A model generated the notes under the pieces. That model was not told where the DNA came from. It worked only from the letters and a program-made list of their open reading frames with translations, and ran no database searches. A program made the translations under genes and the position numbers. From a virus, in IMG/VR virus record IMGVR_UViG_3300001472_000003, positions 32,001-96,000 of that record: a DNA stretch of 64,000 nucleotides; one strand, 5' to 3'. This document shows positions 18,336-27,969 of this stretch, one piece after another; positions within the stretch are counted from its first letter, which is position 1; each line of letters opens with the position of its first letter.

Positions 18336-19378
18336 AATGATAACCCTGAAAATGTATTTTCTTCAATATCTTTTTTTACTCCCCCAATTACATAAGAGGT
18401 TATTTCAGTCTCTTGTGGTGCTACTTGCACCTCACCACCACTAATCCATTTTTGTGTCCAAGGAAGTGGATTGCTTCCGGTTTTATTTTGTATGGGCATG
18501 CCTATTGCAGTGCGTCTTTTATTTGCTATCCAATCAACATAGGTTTTTAATACATCTGCATTAAGTCCTATCATTGATCCATCTTTAAATAAATAATCTG
18601 CCCATTCTTTTTCTTGATTAACTACATCATTAAACATTTTTGTAACTTCATCTTCATATTCTTTTTTAATAGTAGCAAATTCTGGATCATCTTGTGGCAA
18701 TAATTTTAATAATTGTTGTGTAGATCCTAGATGTATATTTTCATCTCTACATATTAATTTAATTATTTTAGCATTGCCTTCCATTTTCTTTAATTCTGCA
18801 AATGCCCAACTACAAGCAAAAGACACATAAAATCTTATTCCTTCTAAAGCGTTAACCGAATTTAATGCTAACCATAAATTGGATTTAGTTGGAAATTCTA
18901 TTAATCTATCATAATATTTGCCTATATCTCTAGCGCAATCAACAATTGGTTTAATATTCATAATTGAATCAAAAACATCACCAGGATTAGAGTAAATATT
19001 TCTAATAATATGTGTATATGATCTTGAATGTATTGTTTCTGAAAAACTCCATGTCTCTATCCACGTCTCTAGTTCTGGCAAAGATACTATCGGCAAGAAT
19101 GCTAGGTTAGGTGCTCTTCCTTGCACACTATCTAATAATATTTGTCTTTTTAAATTTGATGTAAATATATGTGCTTCCTGATCAGTTAATGATCTAAAAT
19201 CTTTAGAATCCCTCACTATATCAACCTCTTCAGGCCTCCAAAAAAAACCTAATTGTTTGTTTGTTAGCTTTTCGAATTGTGGATACTTAACTTGATCATA
19301 TCTTGCTATTTCTACTTCACCATCAAAAAACATATTTCGTTCTAGATGAGACTTTGTTGCTTTACTTATAACACGCAT
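18332..19378 (-). CDS. nrdB: Ribonucleotide reductase class Ia beta subunit
   Basis: FFWRPEE, LDSVQ, SETIHSRSY, LEGIRFY, RDENIH, VAPQETE. Confidence 0.97.
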   Translation of the reverse strand: MRVISKATKSHLERNMFFDGEVEIARYDQVKYPQFEKLTNKQLGFFWRPEEVDIVRDSKDFRSLTDQEAHIFTSNLKRQILLDSVQGRAPNLAFLPIVSLPELETWIETWSFSETIHSRSYTHIIRNIYSNPGDVFDSIMNIKPIVDCARDIGKYYDRLIEFPTKSNLWLALNSVNALEGIRFYVSFACSWAFAELKKMEGNAKIIKLICRDENIHLGSTQQLLKLLPQDDPEFATIKKEYEDEVTKMFNDVVNQEKEWADYLFKDGSMIGLNADVLKTYVDWIANKRRTAIGMPIQNKTGSNPLPWTQKWISGGEVQVAPQETEITSYVIGGVKKDIEENTFSGLSL

Positions 19379-21666
19379 GATTCACATTCCTCTTGAGTTT
19401 GTTGTTGTTGTGGTAAGTTATAATCTTCCATAGAATGTTGTGGTTCTTCAATTTCATCTGTGGCGCCATCAAATGTATTAAAATAATATAATTGTTTACC
19501 ACCATACTTATAAAACATAATAATGTGTTTTAACATTATACTCATTGGTATTTTTTCATCATCAAAAAATTGTGGATTATATGATGTATTAACCGAAATA
19601 CCTTGATCTATCCATTTTTGCAATACAGATACTATTTTTAAATATCCTTCTGGTGATTTTTGATCCCATAATAATTCATATTTATTTTTTAACTTTCTAT
19701 ATTCTGGTACAACCTGCTTGAGTATTCCATCTTTTGATTGTTTTACTGATACAAATGCTCTAGGCGGTTCTATACCATTAGTTGCATTAGATATTTGAGA
19801 TGATGTCTCTGATGGCATTAATGCCATTAATGTTGAATTTCTAATACCATATATTTTAACATCCGTGCATAATTTAGTCCAATTAAGAGTTGGTTTTCTA
19901 TCAACTAACTCATCTACTTCTTTTTTATATGTATCGATAGGGAATATTCCTTGAGAATATTTAGTCTCGTCATTTAATAAACACGGTGCTTTTTCTCTCG
20001 CTAATTTAATAGATGCTTTAATTAAATAATATGACCAGGCTTCTGCATATTCATCTATTAAAGCAAGATTTGGATTACTGTACGTCATATTATTTTTAGC
20101 CATCCAATATGCAAAATTTATTATACCAATACCTAATGGTCTTCTATTCATGGTGCTGGTCTCTGCTGCTTGGACAGGATATTCCTGATATGTAAGAAGA
20201 GCATCTAATGCTCTTACAGCCATTTCACATGGTTTTTTAAAGTCCTCAGGAGATTTAATATTGCCCCAATTAATTGCAGCTAGTGTACAAAGGCTTATCT
20301 CTCCACTATTGTCATTAATATCTTTTAATGGTTTAGTGGGCAAATTAATTTCGCAACATAGATTAGATTGTTTAATTGGTGCTTTTGATGATATAAATGA
20401 TCCATGCTCATTTGCATGATCAACATTCATTAAATATATTCTACCGGTATCTTTTCTTTCTGTGACAAAAGAAGAAAATAGGTCTATAGCTTTTATTACT
20501 TTTTTCTTTATCTTATATGATCTCTCAGCTTTTTCATATAACTCTTGAAATTTATCTTGATCATTATAGAAAGCATCATAGAGGCCGGGCACATCCGATG
20601 GTGAAAATAAAGTAATATTGCCATTATTTAATAGCCTTTGATACATTAGTTTATTAAATTGAACTCCATAATCTAAATGCCTTATCCTATTATCTTCAGT
20701 TCCTTTATTATTTTTAAGAACTAATAAATCTTCAACCTCAAGATGCCAGCATGGATAATATAATGTCGCAGCACCACCTCTAACACCACCTTGAGAACAA
20801 GATTTAACTGCAGATTGAAATAGTTTATAAAATGGAATTACTCCAGTATGTGTGGCATATCCTCCATTAATAGGTGATCCTAATGATCTGATATTGCCTG
20901 CACCTATACCTATACCTGCCTTTTTAGATACGTATTTAACTATAGCACTCGATGTTGCATTAATAGAATCTAATGTATCGTCTGTCTCAATAAGAACACA
21001 TGAACTAAATTGTCTGACAGATGTTCGAACACCTGACATTATTGGTGTTGGTAATGATACATCAAAATTCGATATAGCATTATAAAAATCAACAATTTTT
21101 AACAATCTATCATGCTGTTCATCTTTAAATAAAGTCATGGCTATTAACATATAAGCAATTTGTGGAGTCTCATATATTTTATCCGAAGATCTATTTTTAA
21201 CTAGATATTTGCCTCTAAATTGTTCCATTGCAGCGTATGTAAGAATATCATCTCTATCATGATCTATACTCTTTTCAAGAATATCATACTCCTCTTGTGT
21301 GTACCACTCTAATAGCTGTGGTTCGTAAAACCCCTCGTCTATCACGCGTATAACGTGATTAAATAGTGTATTAGGAGCATATTTACCATATACTTCTTTA
21401 CGCAATTGATAATTTATTAGCCTGCCTGCTACATATTGATAGTTAGGTGTATCTTCACTAATTAGATCCGCAGCTGCTTTAATTAAGGTTTCTTGCACAT
21501 CAGTAGATCTCATTTTATTGAAAAATTGTATATGGGATTTTAACTCTACTTCAGAAGCGGATACTCCTGTAAGATTATCACAAGCCCATGAGACTACCTT
21601 GTGAAATTTGTTTAGATTGAGAGGTTCTATATTTCCATCTCTTTTGGTTATTAGTATTTGCGACAT
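19366..21666 (-). CDS. nrdA: Ribonucleotide reductase class Ia alpha subunit
   Basis: ATP cone, PTP, QFSSCVLI, SNLCCEI, LMPSETSSQ, C-terminal CESC. Confidence 0.97.
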   Translation of the reverse strand: MSQILITKRDGNIEPLNLNKFHKVVSWACDNLTGVSASEVELKSHIQFFNKMRSTDVQETLIKAAADLISEDTPNYQYVAGRLINYQLRKEVYGKYAPNTLFNHVIRVIDEGFYEPQLLEWYTQEEYDILEKSIDHDRDDILTYAAMEQFRGKYLVKNRSSDKIYETPQIAYMLIAMTLFKDEQHDRLLKIVDFYNAISNFDVSLPTPIMSGVRTSVRQFSSCVLIETDDTLDSINATSSAIVKYVSKKAGIGIGAGNIRSLGSPINGGYATHTGVIPFYKLFQSAVKSCSQGGVRGGAATLYYPCWHLEVEDLLVLKNNKGTEDNRIRHLDYGVQFNKLMYQRLLNNGNITLFSPSDVPGLYDAFYNDQDKFQELYEKAERSYKIKKKVIKAIDLFSSFVTERKDTGRIYLMNVDHANEHGSFISSKAPIKQSNLCCEINLPTKPLKDINDNSGEISLCTLAAINWGNIKSPEDFKKPCEMAVRALDALLTYQEYPVQAAETSTMNRRPLGIGIINFAYWMAKNNMTYSNPNLALIDEYAEAWSYYLIKASIKLAREKAPCLLNDETKYSQGIFPIDTYKKEVDELVDRKPTLNWTKLCTDVKIYGIRNSTLMALMPSETSSQISNATNGIEPPRAFVSVKQSKDGILKQVVPEYRKLKNKYELLWDQKSPEGYLKIVSVLQKWIDQGISVNTSYNPQFFDDEKIPMSIMLKHIIMFYKYGGKQLYYFNTFDGATDEIEEPQHSMEDYNLPQQQQTQEECESCVL

Positions 21667-21667
21667 C

Positions 21668-22372
21668 TTATTCCCCGTATTTACTTATTAATGGAAATAT
21701 ATTTGTTATAGCTGCAGCACATTCTTTGGCTATTAATATATGTTCTTTTTGTGTACCGTTATTCGATCTTAACTCAATATAATGTATCCATGACCTAATG
21801 GTGCCATTTACATACATTCTACTCATAATAAGACCTTCTGGCAACACAGCTCTTGCTTGTTCTTTTGCTATGCCTTTTTCTATAGCCCAATTATATGCTT
21901 TAGCTGCAGCTATAGTAACTTTATCTTGTTCTATAATCCAATCTTCTTGTAATTGTTTATCATACTCTAATGTGTAATCCAAATCAATTGAATTTTGTCT
22001 ATTATTTGGATCTTGTATTCTTGCTTCACGTCTAACCCATTTTAATGATTCAAGAGGGTTTGCATATCTTTGACTAAATTCTTGGAAGGAAAATGATCTA
22101 TGTCTTAAAATTTGTCTTGCAATATCTCTTGGTGCATTAATTTCTAAGCAAGCAGATACCATTTCAAACGGAGACCAGTGTTTGTGTGTTGCAAGATAGG
22201 ATAACAGCTTTTCTGATGTCTCCTTGTTAATTTGATTTGATGGATTGGATACACGGGCGCAATACGCAATAAGTTCCTGGATACTATCACTTTTTAATTC
22301 CTTCTCAAATTCTAAATATGGTTTAGAATAGCTTAATAATTTAACACTTATATTTTTTTCCATGATATACAT
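21668..22372 (-). CDS. thyX: Flavin-dependent thymidylate synthase
   Basis: HWSPFE, RQILRHRSFSFQEFSQRY, TQKEH. Confidence 0.96.
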   Translation of the reverse strand: MYIMEKNISVKLLSYSKPYLEFEKELKSDSIQELIAYCARVSNPSNQINKETSEKLLSYLATHKHWSPFEMVSACLEINAPRDIARQILRHRSFSFQEFSQRYANPLESLKWVRREARIQDPNNRQNSIDLDYTLEYDKQLQEDWIIEQDKVTIAAAKAYNWAIEKGIAKEQARAVLPEGLIMSRMYVNGTIRSWIHYIELRSNNGTQKEHILIAKECAAAITNIFPLISKYGE

Positions 22373-23361
22373 CGCACCTTTGCTTCTAAATCTTTATAAT
22401 TATTTTGATCTATTAATAATTTTATATCAGCAATTCTCTTACCCGACATCACCATATCATTAATATCTTTATGTTGAATACTTTCTGGCCATAGACAAAC
22501 ATTATATCCTTTATCTATAGTCTTTTGTACCTTCGATACAATTTCCTTACTTCTTGGTTCATTATCATAACATATTATTGCTTTATTTTTATCTATATTT
22601 AATTTTTCTAATACACTTATTATATCAGACCCGGCAACAGCAATTGAATTATCTATAAACATTGAATCAATCGGCCCTTCGAAAACATAAAACTTTTTAT
22701 TTAAATCCGCGTTATTTAATCCAAAGACTTTAGGTGCTGTTGTATCTAACATAATAGTAATATATCTCATACTATTATTATTACTTGTTGCTCTACCTTG
22801 AAATCCAAACATTACTCCGTGTTTATCTATAAATGGAATAATTATTCTTTTATCATTTTTAGGTAGATTATAAACCCCTGGCATAATAAAATCAACCCAA
22901 GCCGCAAAGTCAGGACAATAATATAATTGTGCATGATATGGATTTGGTATTTTCCTGTGTAATATATATGATTTTACAGAATGATCCCATTGCAGCTGTG
23001 AGATTTTTTTAAGTTTATTTAAAGGTTTTTTGCTACTATCAAATACAGGTTTAGTAAAGCATTCAATTGTCTTTGGTTTCTTATCTTTACTTTTATCATT
23101 TAAAGATTCTAGTGCATAATCTTTAAATAAAATTGGATTAATCTTTTGTATAAAATTACTAAAATTCGATCCATGATGGCAATTATGGCAATAGTATAAA
23201 AGATTATTGTCTTTATTTAAAAGATATCCTCTAGCTTTAAATTTATTTTTTTGAGAATCACCACATATAGGACAACGAAAATTATATCCATTGTTTACTC
23301 TTTTAAATCTCTCTAATTGTGATGATAATAATGTAGCGTATTTGTTTTCAATCCATGTCAT
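22348..23361 (-). CDS. 61: DNA primase (gp61)
   Basis: CPICGDS...YYCHNC, FQGR, EGPIDS, DNEPR, KDINDM. Confidence 0.95.
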   Translation of the reverse strand: MTWIENKYATLLSSQLERFKRVNNGYNFRCPICGDSQKNKFKARGYLLNKDNNLLYYCHNCHHGSNFSNFIQKINPILFKDYALESLNDKSKDKKPKTIECFTKPVFDSSKKPLNKLKKISQLQWDHSVKSYILHRKIPNPYHAQLYYCPDFAAWVDFIMPGVYNLPKNDKRIIIPFIDKHGVMFGFQGRATSNNNSMRYITIMLDTTAPKVFGLNNADLNKKFYVFEGPIDSMFIDNSIAVAGSDIISVLEKLNIDKNKAIICYDNEPRSKEIVSKVQKTIDKGYNVCLWPESIQHKDINDMVMSGKRIADIKLLIDQNNYKDLEAKVRCISWKKI

Positions 23362-23396
23362 TATTTAAATATATAGCAATTATCTATAAAAATCAA

Positions 23397-23792
23397 CTAG
23401 AAAATATTTTTATATGGGATAATCGAAATAACAAATCCTATTACTGCAGCGCCACCAATAACCATCCATCTCCACGTCTCAAGACGTTCTAATCTTTTGT
23501 CCATTGATTCTATTTTATTAATTACTCTACGTTCTGTTTCGGTTATACGCGCATGTAATTTTTCGTATTGCTCAATTCTATCTCGGTCTTTATTATGAGA
23601 ATCTTTATGCATATGTGCTATCTCCTCTAGCGCAGTTGCTAATCTTTCTTCCATAATATCTTGTCTTGATTTTAATTCATTGGTAACTTCTAAAAGTTGT
23701 TCTTGGTGTTGTTCTACACGCAATAGTAATGATTCAGTAAATGATACTTCTTTTTTCAATTCTGCAATTTGAACTTTTGTATCTACATCCAT
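23397..23792 (-). CDS. Coiled-coil protein with C-terminal TM (XhlA-like; possibly lysis-associated)
   Basis: RLERLETWRWMVIGGAAVIGF; adjacent to holin-like gene. Confidence 0.5.
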   Translation of the reverse strand: MDVDTKVQIAELKKEVSFTESLLLRVEQHQEQLLEVTNELKSRQDIMEERLATALEEIAHMHKDSHNKDRDRIEQYEKLHARITETERRVINKIESMDKRLERLETWRWMVIGGAAVIGFVISIIPYKNIF

Positions 23793-24247
23793 TATTTTCT
23801 AGCCTTTTCGATAGCTCGTGATCCAAACCAAAAAGAGATTACTGCTGCAAATATTGCTTTAGTATCTTCATCCCATAATAAATTTATTGCTTCAGTAAAG
23901 TTTGTACCAGTATTTATAGCTTCAACAAGTAAAGTTATCTCTATTGTGCAAAATAAAATAAAAAAAGCATATGTAATAACCGGTCTTACTGATCTTTGTA
24001 ATGCGGATATCCAGCCTGTATTATTAGCCATTGCTGTATCATGCGCTATAAGCCTAGCATGTTCTTCTGATGATGCTTTAATTTCAAATGATTTTAAATC
24101 AAATTTTTGATCTAATTTACTCATGTGAGCAACCATTTTCATTTTTTCTAATTCATGCCTTCTTTCATTTTTAGCAGCAAACATATCTGTTATCGCAGGC
24201 ACGGTCGAACTCGCAAAACCAATTAATGATCCTATAACTGTTAACAT
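23792..24247 (-). CDS. Holin-like protein (3TM type)
   Basis: SVRPVITY, FWFGSR C-terminal motif, TM segments. Confidence 0.65.
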   Translation of the reverse strand: MLTVIGSLIGFASSTVPAITDMFAAKNERRHELEKMKMVAHMSKLDQKFDLKSFEIKASSEEHARLIAHDTAMANNTGWISALQRSVRPVITYAFFILFCTIEITLLVEAINTGTNFTEAINLLWDEDTKAIFAAVISFWFGSRAIEKARK

Positions 24248-24960
24248 TAGTTAATTCCTAGTTTTTTAATTCTTCTTAGTAACCCAGAAGTCTCTTTTTT
24301 ATTTTTATCAGTATATTTTTTTTGTTTCTTTTTAGATACTCCAGGCTCTCCATCTGGACCTACACCTATACCCGCAATAGCACCATCACCTACTTGGTTT
24401 GCAATATCTTCATTAAAGTAATCTGTTTTGTTACTTTTACCTGTTTTTTTAATAATTGCTAGTTTTGCTGGAATATGTTTTTGAATACTATTCATGTGAT
24501 CTCTAGCATTTTTCTCACTACTGTGATAACTCATAATATAACGAGTTTTAGGTGCTTCTGTGTTAATTACTGCATGAGTGTATGACTTTACCTTATCTCC
24601 TTTGGCTCTACCACCTACTCGCATTTCATTAGCTACTGCACTTTCTACAAGAGATACTACTTGATCTTCATTCATATCTTCTTTATATTCTTTAATCAAA
24701 AATAAAGCAGCAGCATATGATGCTAATTTAGATTTGCCTCCAGGAACTTTTTCTAATAATCTTTTAAGACGTAACACCATTAGATCAAATATACGAAATG
24801 AATTGCGTTCTTCTATTGTTGATAATGTAGATCTTTTTTTAAGTATATTGCCTCTTTCATCAATTATACCCAACTCAAATGCTTTCCATTCTTTAAATGG
24901 TGTTGTGAGTCTTCGTATGAATTGATATACTAGAAATAAATCTACTGCTACTCCGGCCAT
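24247..24960 (-). CDS. Conserved T4-like virion-associated protein
   Basis: YQFIRRLTTPF..W.AFELGIIDERG; LASYAAALFLIKE; EDIANQVG...GEPGV. Confidence 0.6.
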   Translation of the reverse strand: MAGVAVDLFLVYQFIRRLTTPFKEWKAFELGIIDERGNILKKRSTLSTIEERNSFRIFDLMVLRLKRLLEKVPGGKSKLASYAAALFLIKEYKEDMNEDQVVSLVESAVANEMRVGGRAKGDKVKSYTHAVINTEAPKTRYIMSYHSSEKNARDHMNSIQKHIPAKLAIIKKTGKSNKTDYFNEDIANQVGDGAIAGIGVGPDGEPGVSKKKQKKYTDKNKKETSGLLRRIKKLGIN

Positions 24961-25349
24961 TTATACTTCCTTAAAACCTTTATTATTGCTTCATTTGGTT
25001 GTACATCACTGCAGATAATAGTTCTATTAGGTAAATTAATACTTTCTATTTTTTCTGGAAGTCTTTGCATGAATATTAAAAATGGTATCAAATATTCATG
25101 TAATCCATCCAATTTTAAAAATAACATTCTATTAGTAGGCACATGGCCAAATACATTATATAAAACTACTAAGTGATTAATAATTAATCTATCTTTTATT
25201 TCATTATTTAATTTTATTTTATTCAATAATCTTTTAATATATTTAAATCTTTTTATATCATCATAAAATTCAACTATATCATGGCACTGACTATTATCAT
25301 AATGTTTTGCTGCGTATAGCATAAAGTTCGCGTTATTTAAATTATCCAT
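24948..25349 (-). CDS. Conserved hypothetical T4-like protein
   Basis: YAAKHYDN..C....EF.DD.KRFKYIKRL; LIINHL..LYNVFG. Confidence 0.65.
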   Translation of the reverse strand: MDNLNNANFMLYAAKHYDNSQCHDIVEFYDDIKRFKYIKRLLNKIKLNNEIKDRLIINHLVVLYNVFGHVPTNRMLFLKLDGLHEYLIPFLIFMQRLPEKIESINLPNRTIICSDVQPNEAIIKVLRKYKWPE

Positions 25350-25367
25350 AATACCAATTTCAATTTA

Positions 25368-26087
25368 TTAATGTAGGTTAGCCCAAGTTCCATTACATCT
25401 TACTTGTGCTTTATAATCTTCTATATTATATATCATCATTCCATCAGCTGCAGATAAAGCATCTCTTACTGATGTATTTACATTAGGCAATATTGGAATA
25501 GAATTAAACGTAGTAATATTATCAGAATCCGTTCCTAATGTAGTATTGCCAGTTATTGATGGGTTCGAAACCAAGCCGACTATTTCATGAGAACCATTAC
25601 TTGACGCGTAAAGGTTATCACCATTTGCAACTTCTCTTGTTGCTAAGGTAATAGTATTATTAGCATCTATATCAAAACCAATATTTCTACCTGATTGTAA
25701 TAATATTGTATTATTGGAAATAACATTTTGTGTATGTGTGGCTGCACTTTCTGGATCAGTAATTGTAAATGATTCAAGAAACGGCATAGCGGTTGTATTA
25801 ATTGATAATGCTATATTATCAGTATTAGTAGTTGTATCAACTATGAGATCACTACTACCAGATACATTAATGGCCAATGCAATTATATTGGCATCTGCTG
25901 TTGTATCAACCGTAAGACCTCCACTACCAGCAATATTTAATATTCCAGGTAATGAATTTGCTAGACCTTGAAATGTTATCTTTTTTGATTCTATTAATGC
26001 TGCATTTGCTGCATCAGTAACAGTTATAAACAAATCATTTGCAACGGCGGTAACGGATGTGTTTAATTCACTTATTTTCGTTGCCAT
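25368..26087 (-). CDS. Fibre-like structural protein
   Basis: MATKISEL start, internal L.VDTT repeat, RDALSAADGMMIYN...GTW end. Confidence 0.55.
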   Translation of the reverse strand: MATKISELNTSVTAVANDLFITVTDAANAALIESKKITFQGLANSLPGILNIAGSGGLTVDTTADANIIALAINVSGSSDLIVDTTTNTDNIALSINTTAMPFLESFTITDPESAATHTQNVISNNTILLQSGRNIGFDIDANNTITLATREVANGDNLYASSNGSHEIVGLVSNPSITGNTTLGTDSDNITTFNSIPILPNVNTSVRDALSAADGMMIYNIEDYKAQVRCNGTWANLH

Positions 26088-26101
26088 TTATATATTCCCT
26101 A

Positions 26102-26419
26102 TTAGCTATCAGCTAAAATTGAATCATCAGCTGTACCAGTTGAATTAGCAGTAGCATCAGTATTAGCATAATCTGTTGCATCACCTTCAATATGTCCAGC
26201 TACAAGAACCTCAAAATGTTCTCTGCCAGATCTTTGTCCAGAACCAACAGTTCTTTTAACCCATCCAGTATGTGCAATTCCTCCATCAGCAGCTACTTCG
26301 TCAGCTGATGCTCCCATTACGGTATTGCCGAATTGTGCTTGGCCAGTCTCACCTGTATCAGTTCTAACAATAAACTTAGGTGCATCACTGTGCTGGTCAT
26401 TTTTACCATATAATGCCAT
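26102..26419 (-). CDS. Small virion structural protein
   Basis: Start MALYGKND after AAGGAG; HTGWV...R...EVLVA. Confidence 0.55.
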   Translation of the reverse strand: MALYGKNDQHSDAPKFIVRTDTGETGQAQFGNTVMGASADEVAADGGIAHTGWVKRTVGSGQRSGREHFEVLVAGHIEGDATDYANTDATANSTGTADDSILADS

Positions 26420-26429
26420 TCTTTTCTCC

Positions 26430-26843
26430 TTATTTAATAGCTTGTGAAAAAGAGTTATAACCTTTTTCATATTGTTTTTGTAATTTAATTTTATCTGCTG
26501 GACTAGATCTATTATACTTTGTTAAGGCTGCTTGTGCGTCCTTAAATGATACTTTTTTCTTTTTTCCATCACCAAATTGTATATCTTTTTGGCCTCTTAA
26601 AGAAACTGATTTGCGCAGTTGCATAACAATATGTTCTACACCATCATCTTCTTCTTGGGATTTTTTAGATTCGCCCATTTTAGTATTTGCCATAGTTTTT
26701 AACCTATCTTTTTCAGTCTCATCAATTTTGCGTAGATAATTTATTTTATTAAGCGCGCTCACCATCTGATCTTTAGTTGTAGCATTTCTTTTCAACTTAT
26801 CAGCTTCTTTCATTTTTCTTACTGTTTTTTGGTCACAAGCCAT
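26430..26843 (-). CDS. Hypothetical basic protein
   Basis: HIVMQLRKSVSLRG motif. Confidence 0.5.
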   Translation of the reverse strand: MACDQKTVRKMKEADKLKRNATTKDQMVSALNKINYLRKIDETEKDRLKTMANTKMGESKKSQEEDDGVEHIVMQLRKSVSLRGQKDIQFGDGKKKKVSFKDAQAALTKYNRSSPADKIKLQKQYEKGYNSFSQAIK

Positions 26844-26863
26844 TGTTTTATCTTTCTTACTTA

Positions 26864-27433
26864 TTATTTTGCATTTAAAGCTTTAGTCATTTGAGCAATA
26901 ACTCTTTTCATATCTTCTTTAGGTATTTGAATATATTTTCGCTTACCATAATTAATTTGAAACCCTATACCACTCTTCATTGCAAACCTATCAATTTGAA
27001 ATCCAACACGATCATCAGTAAACATATTAGTAGCTTCAGCAATACTTTCTTTTACACTATTACAATCACATGTCTTACATCCTGGTGGGCATGTACAATC
27101 ATCTGCTTTAACATCTGCACCGCAACAGTCATCTGAACAATATCCAGCTTTAGCCTCACCTACTGTTTTAGTTTTTTTTTTACTGTCTTTCATATTAGCA
27201 GCAATTGCATCTCTACGTTTTTGTAGATATTCATCTGATGAATCTTTATCACCATCATTATCTACATCACCATCTTTTTTACCAACAGGATCCATTTTTG
27301 GTTTGTCGCCGTTTTTACCAGCTTCTTTTTCTTTTTTCTTTTCTATAGCTTTTTTTAAAGCTGGTGGTAATTCACCCTCAAGTATAGCTCTAGCTGCAGC
27401 TAATAAATCTGGTGAAAGTCCGTGCTTGTTCAT
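26864..27433 (-). CDS. Mosaic late protein with DxDNDGD loop and Cys-rich segment
   Basis: DGDVDNDGDKDSSDEYL; CSDDCC...CTCPPGCKTCDC. Confidence 0.55.
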   Translation of the reverse strand: MNKHGLSPDLLAAARAILEGELPPALKKAIEKKKEKEAGKNGDKPKMDPVGKKDGDVDNDGDKDSSDEYLQKRRDAIAANMKDSKKKTKTVGEAKAGYCSDDCCGADVKADDCTCPPGCKTCDCNSVKESIAEATNMFTDDRVGFQIDRFAMKSGIGFQINYGKRKYIQIPKEDMKRVIAQMTKALNAK

Positions 27434-27466
27434 TATAGTCTCCTTAACATTTTATCTATATTCTAT

Positions 27467-27474
27467 TATTTATC
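27467..27474 (-). promoter_or_regulatory. Late promoter variant GATAAATA
   Basis: NATAAATA core, intergenic. Confidence 0.45.
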
Positions 27475-27491
27475 ATCATAAAGTATTGAAG

Positions 27492-27839
27492 TTAACTATC
27501 AACCTTAGATCCAGATCTCCACTGATAACAGCTCCAATATCTAGCACTTGTTTTAGGGCCCGGATTATCACACTTATGTCTTGCTCGAAATGATTTTCTT
27601 CTTTCAGGATCATCTCGCTTAATTTCCATATTAGGATCACCAAAATTAACCTTGACAACATTGCCTTTCTCGTTTTTTACATATACTGAGAATTTTTTAG
27701 GCCCACCTGATGTTCTAAATGGATCATTTAATTTAACTTTTTTTCCTTGGTATTCTGATTCTTCTATTACTAAATCATCATACAAGTCTGTGCCTTCACA
27801 CACTAAATCTATTTTTTCATATTGTTTAAATCTACGCAT
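27492..27839 (-). CDS. Conserved hypothetical phage protein
   Basis: VNFGDPNMEIKRDDPERRKSFRARHKC...ARYWSC..W. Confidence 0.65.
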   Translation of the reverse strand: MRRFKQYEKIDLVCEGTDLYDDLVIEESEYQGKKVKLNDPFRTSGGPKKFSVYVKNEKGNVVKVNFGDPNMEIKRDDPERRKSFRARHKCDNPGPKTSARYWSCYQWRSGSKVDS

Positions 27840-27845
27840 TTTTTT

Positions 27846-27968
27846 CTACCAAAATTTTAATTTTTTAATTTGTATTACAATCTTTTTAATTGCATCTCTG
27901 ATTATTGAAGTTATATTAATATATATCTGAATAATCATATCTTTAATTTGATTGATTAAATCTTTCAT
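27846..27968 (-). CDS. Small amphipathic peptide, 40 aa (not in track)
   Basis: MKDLINQIKDMIIQIYINITSIIRDAIKKIVIQIKKLKFW; AAGGA SD; fills the intergenic gap. Confidence 0.5.
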   Translation of the reverse strand: MKDLINQIKDMIIQIYINITSIIRDAIKKIVIQIKKLKFW

Positions 27969-27969
27969 T

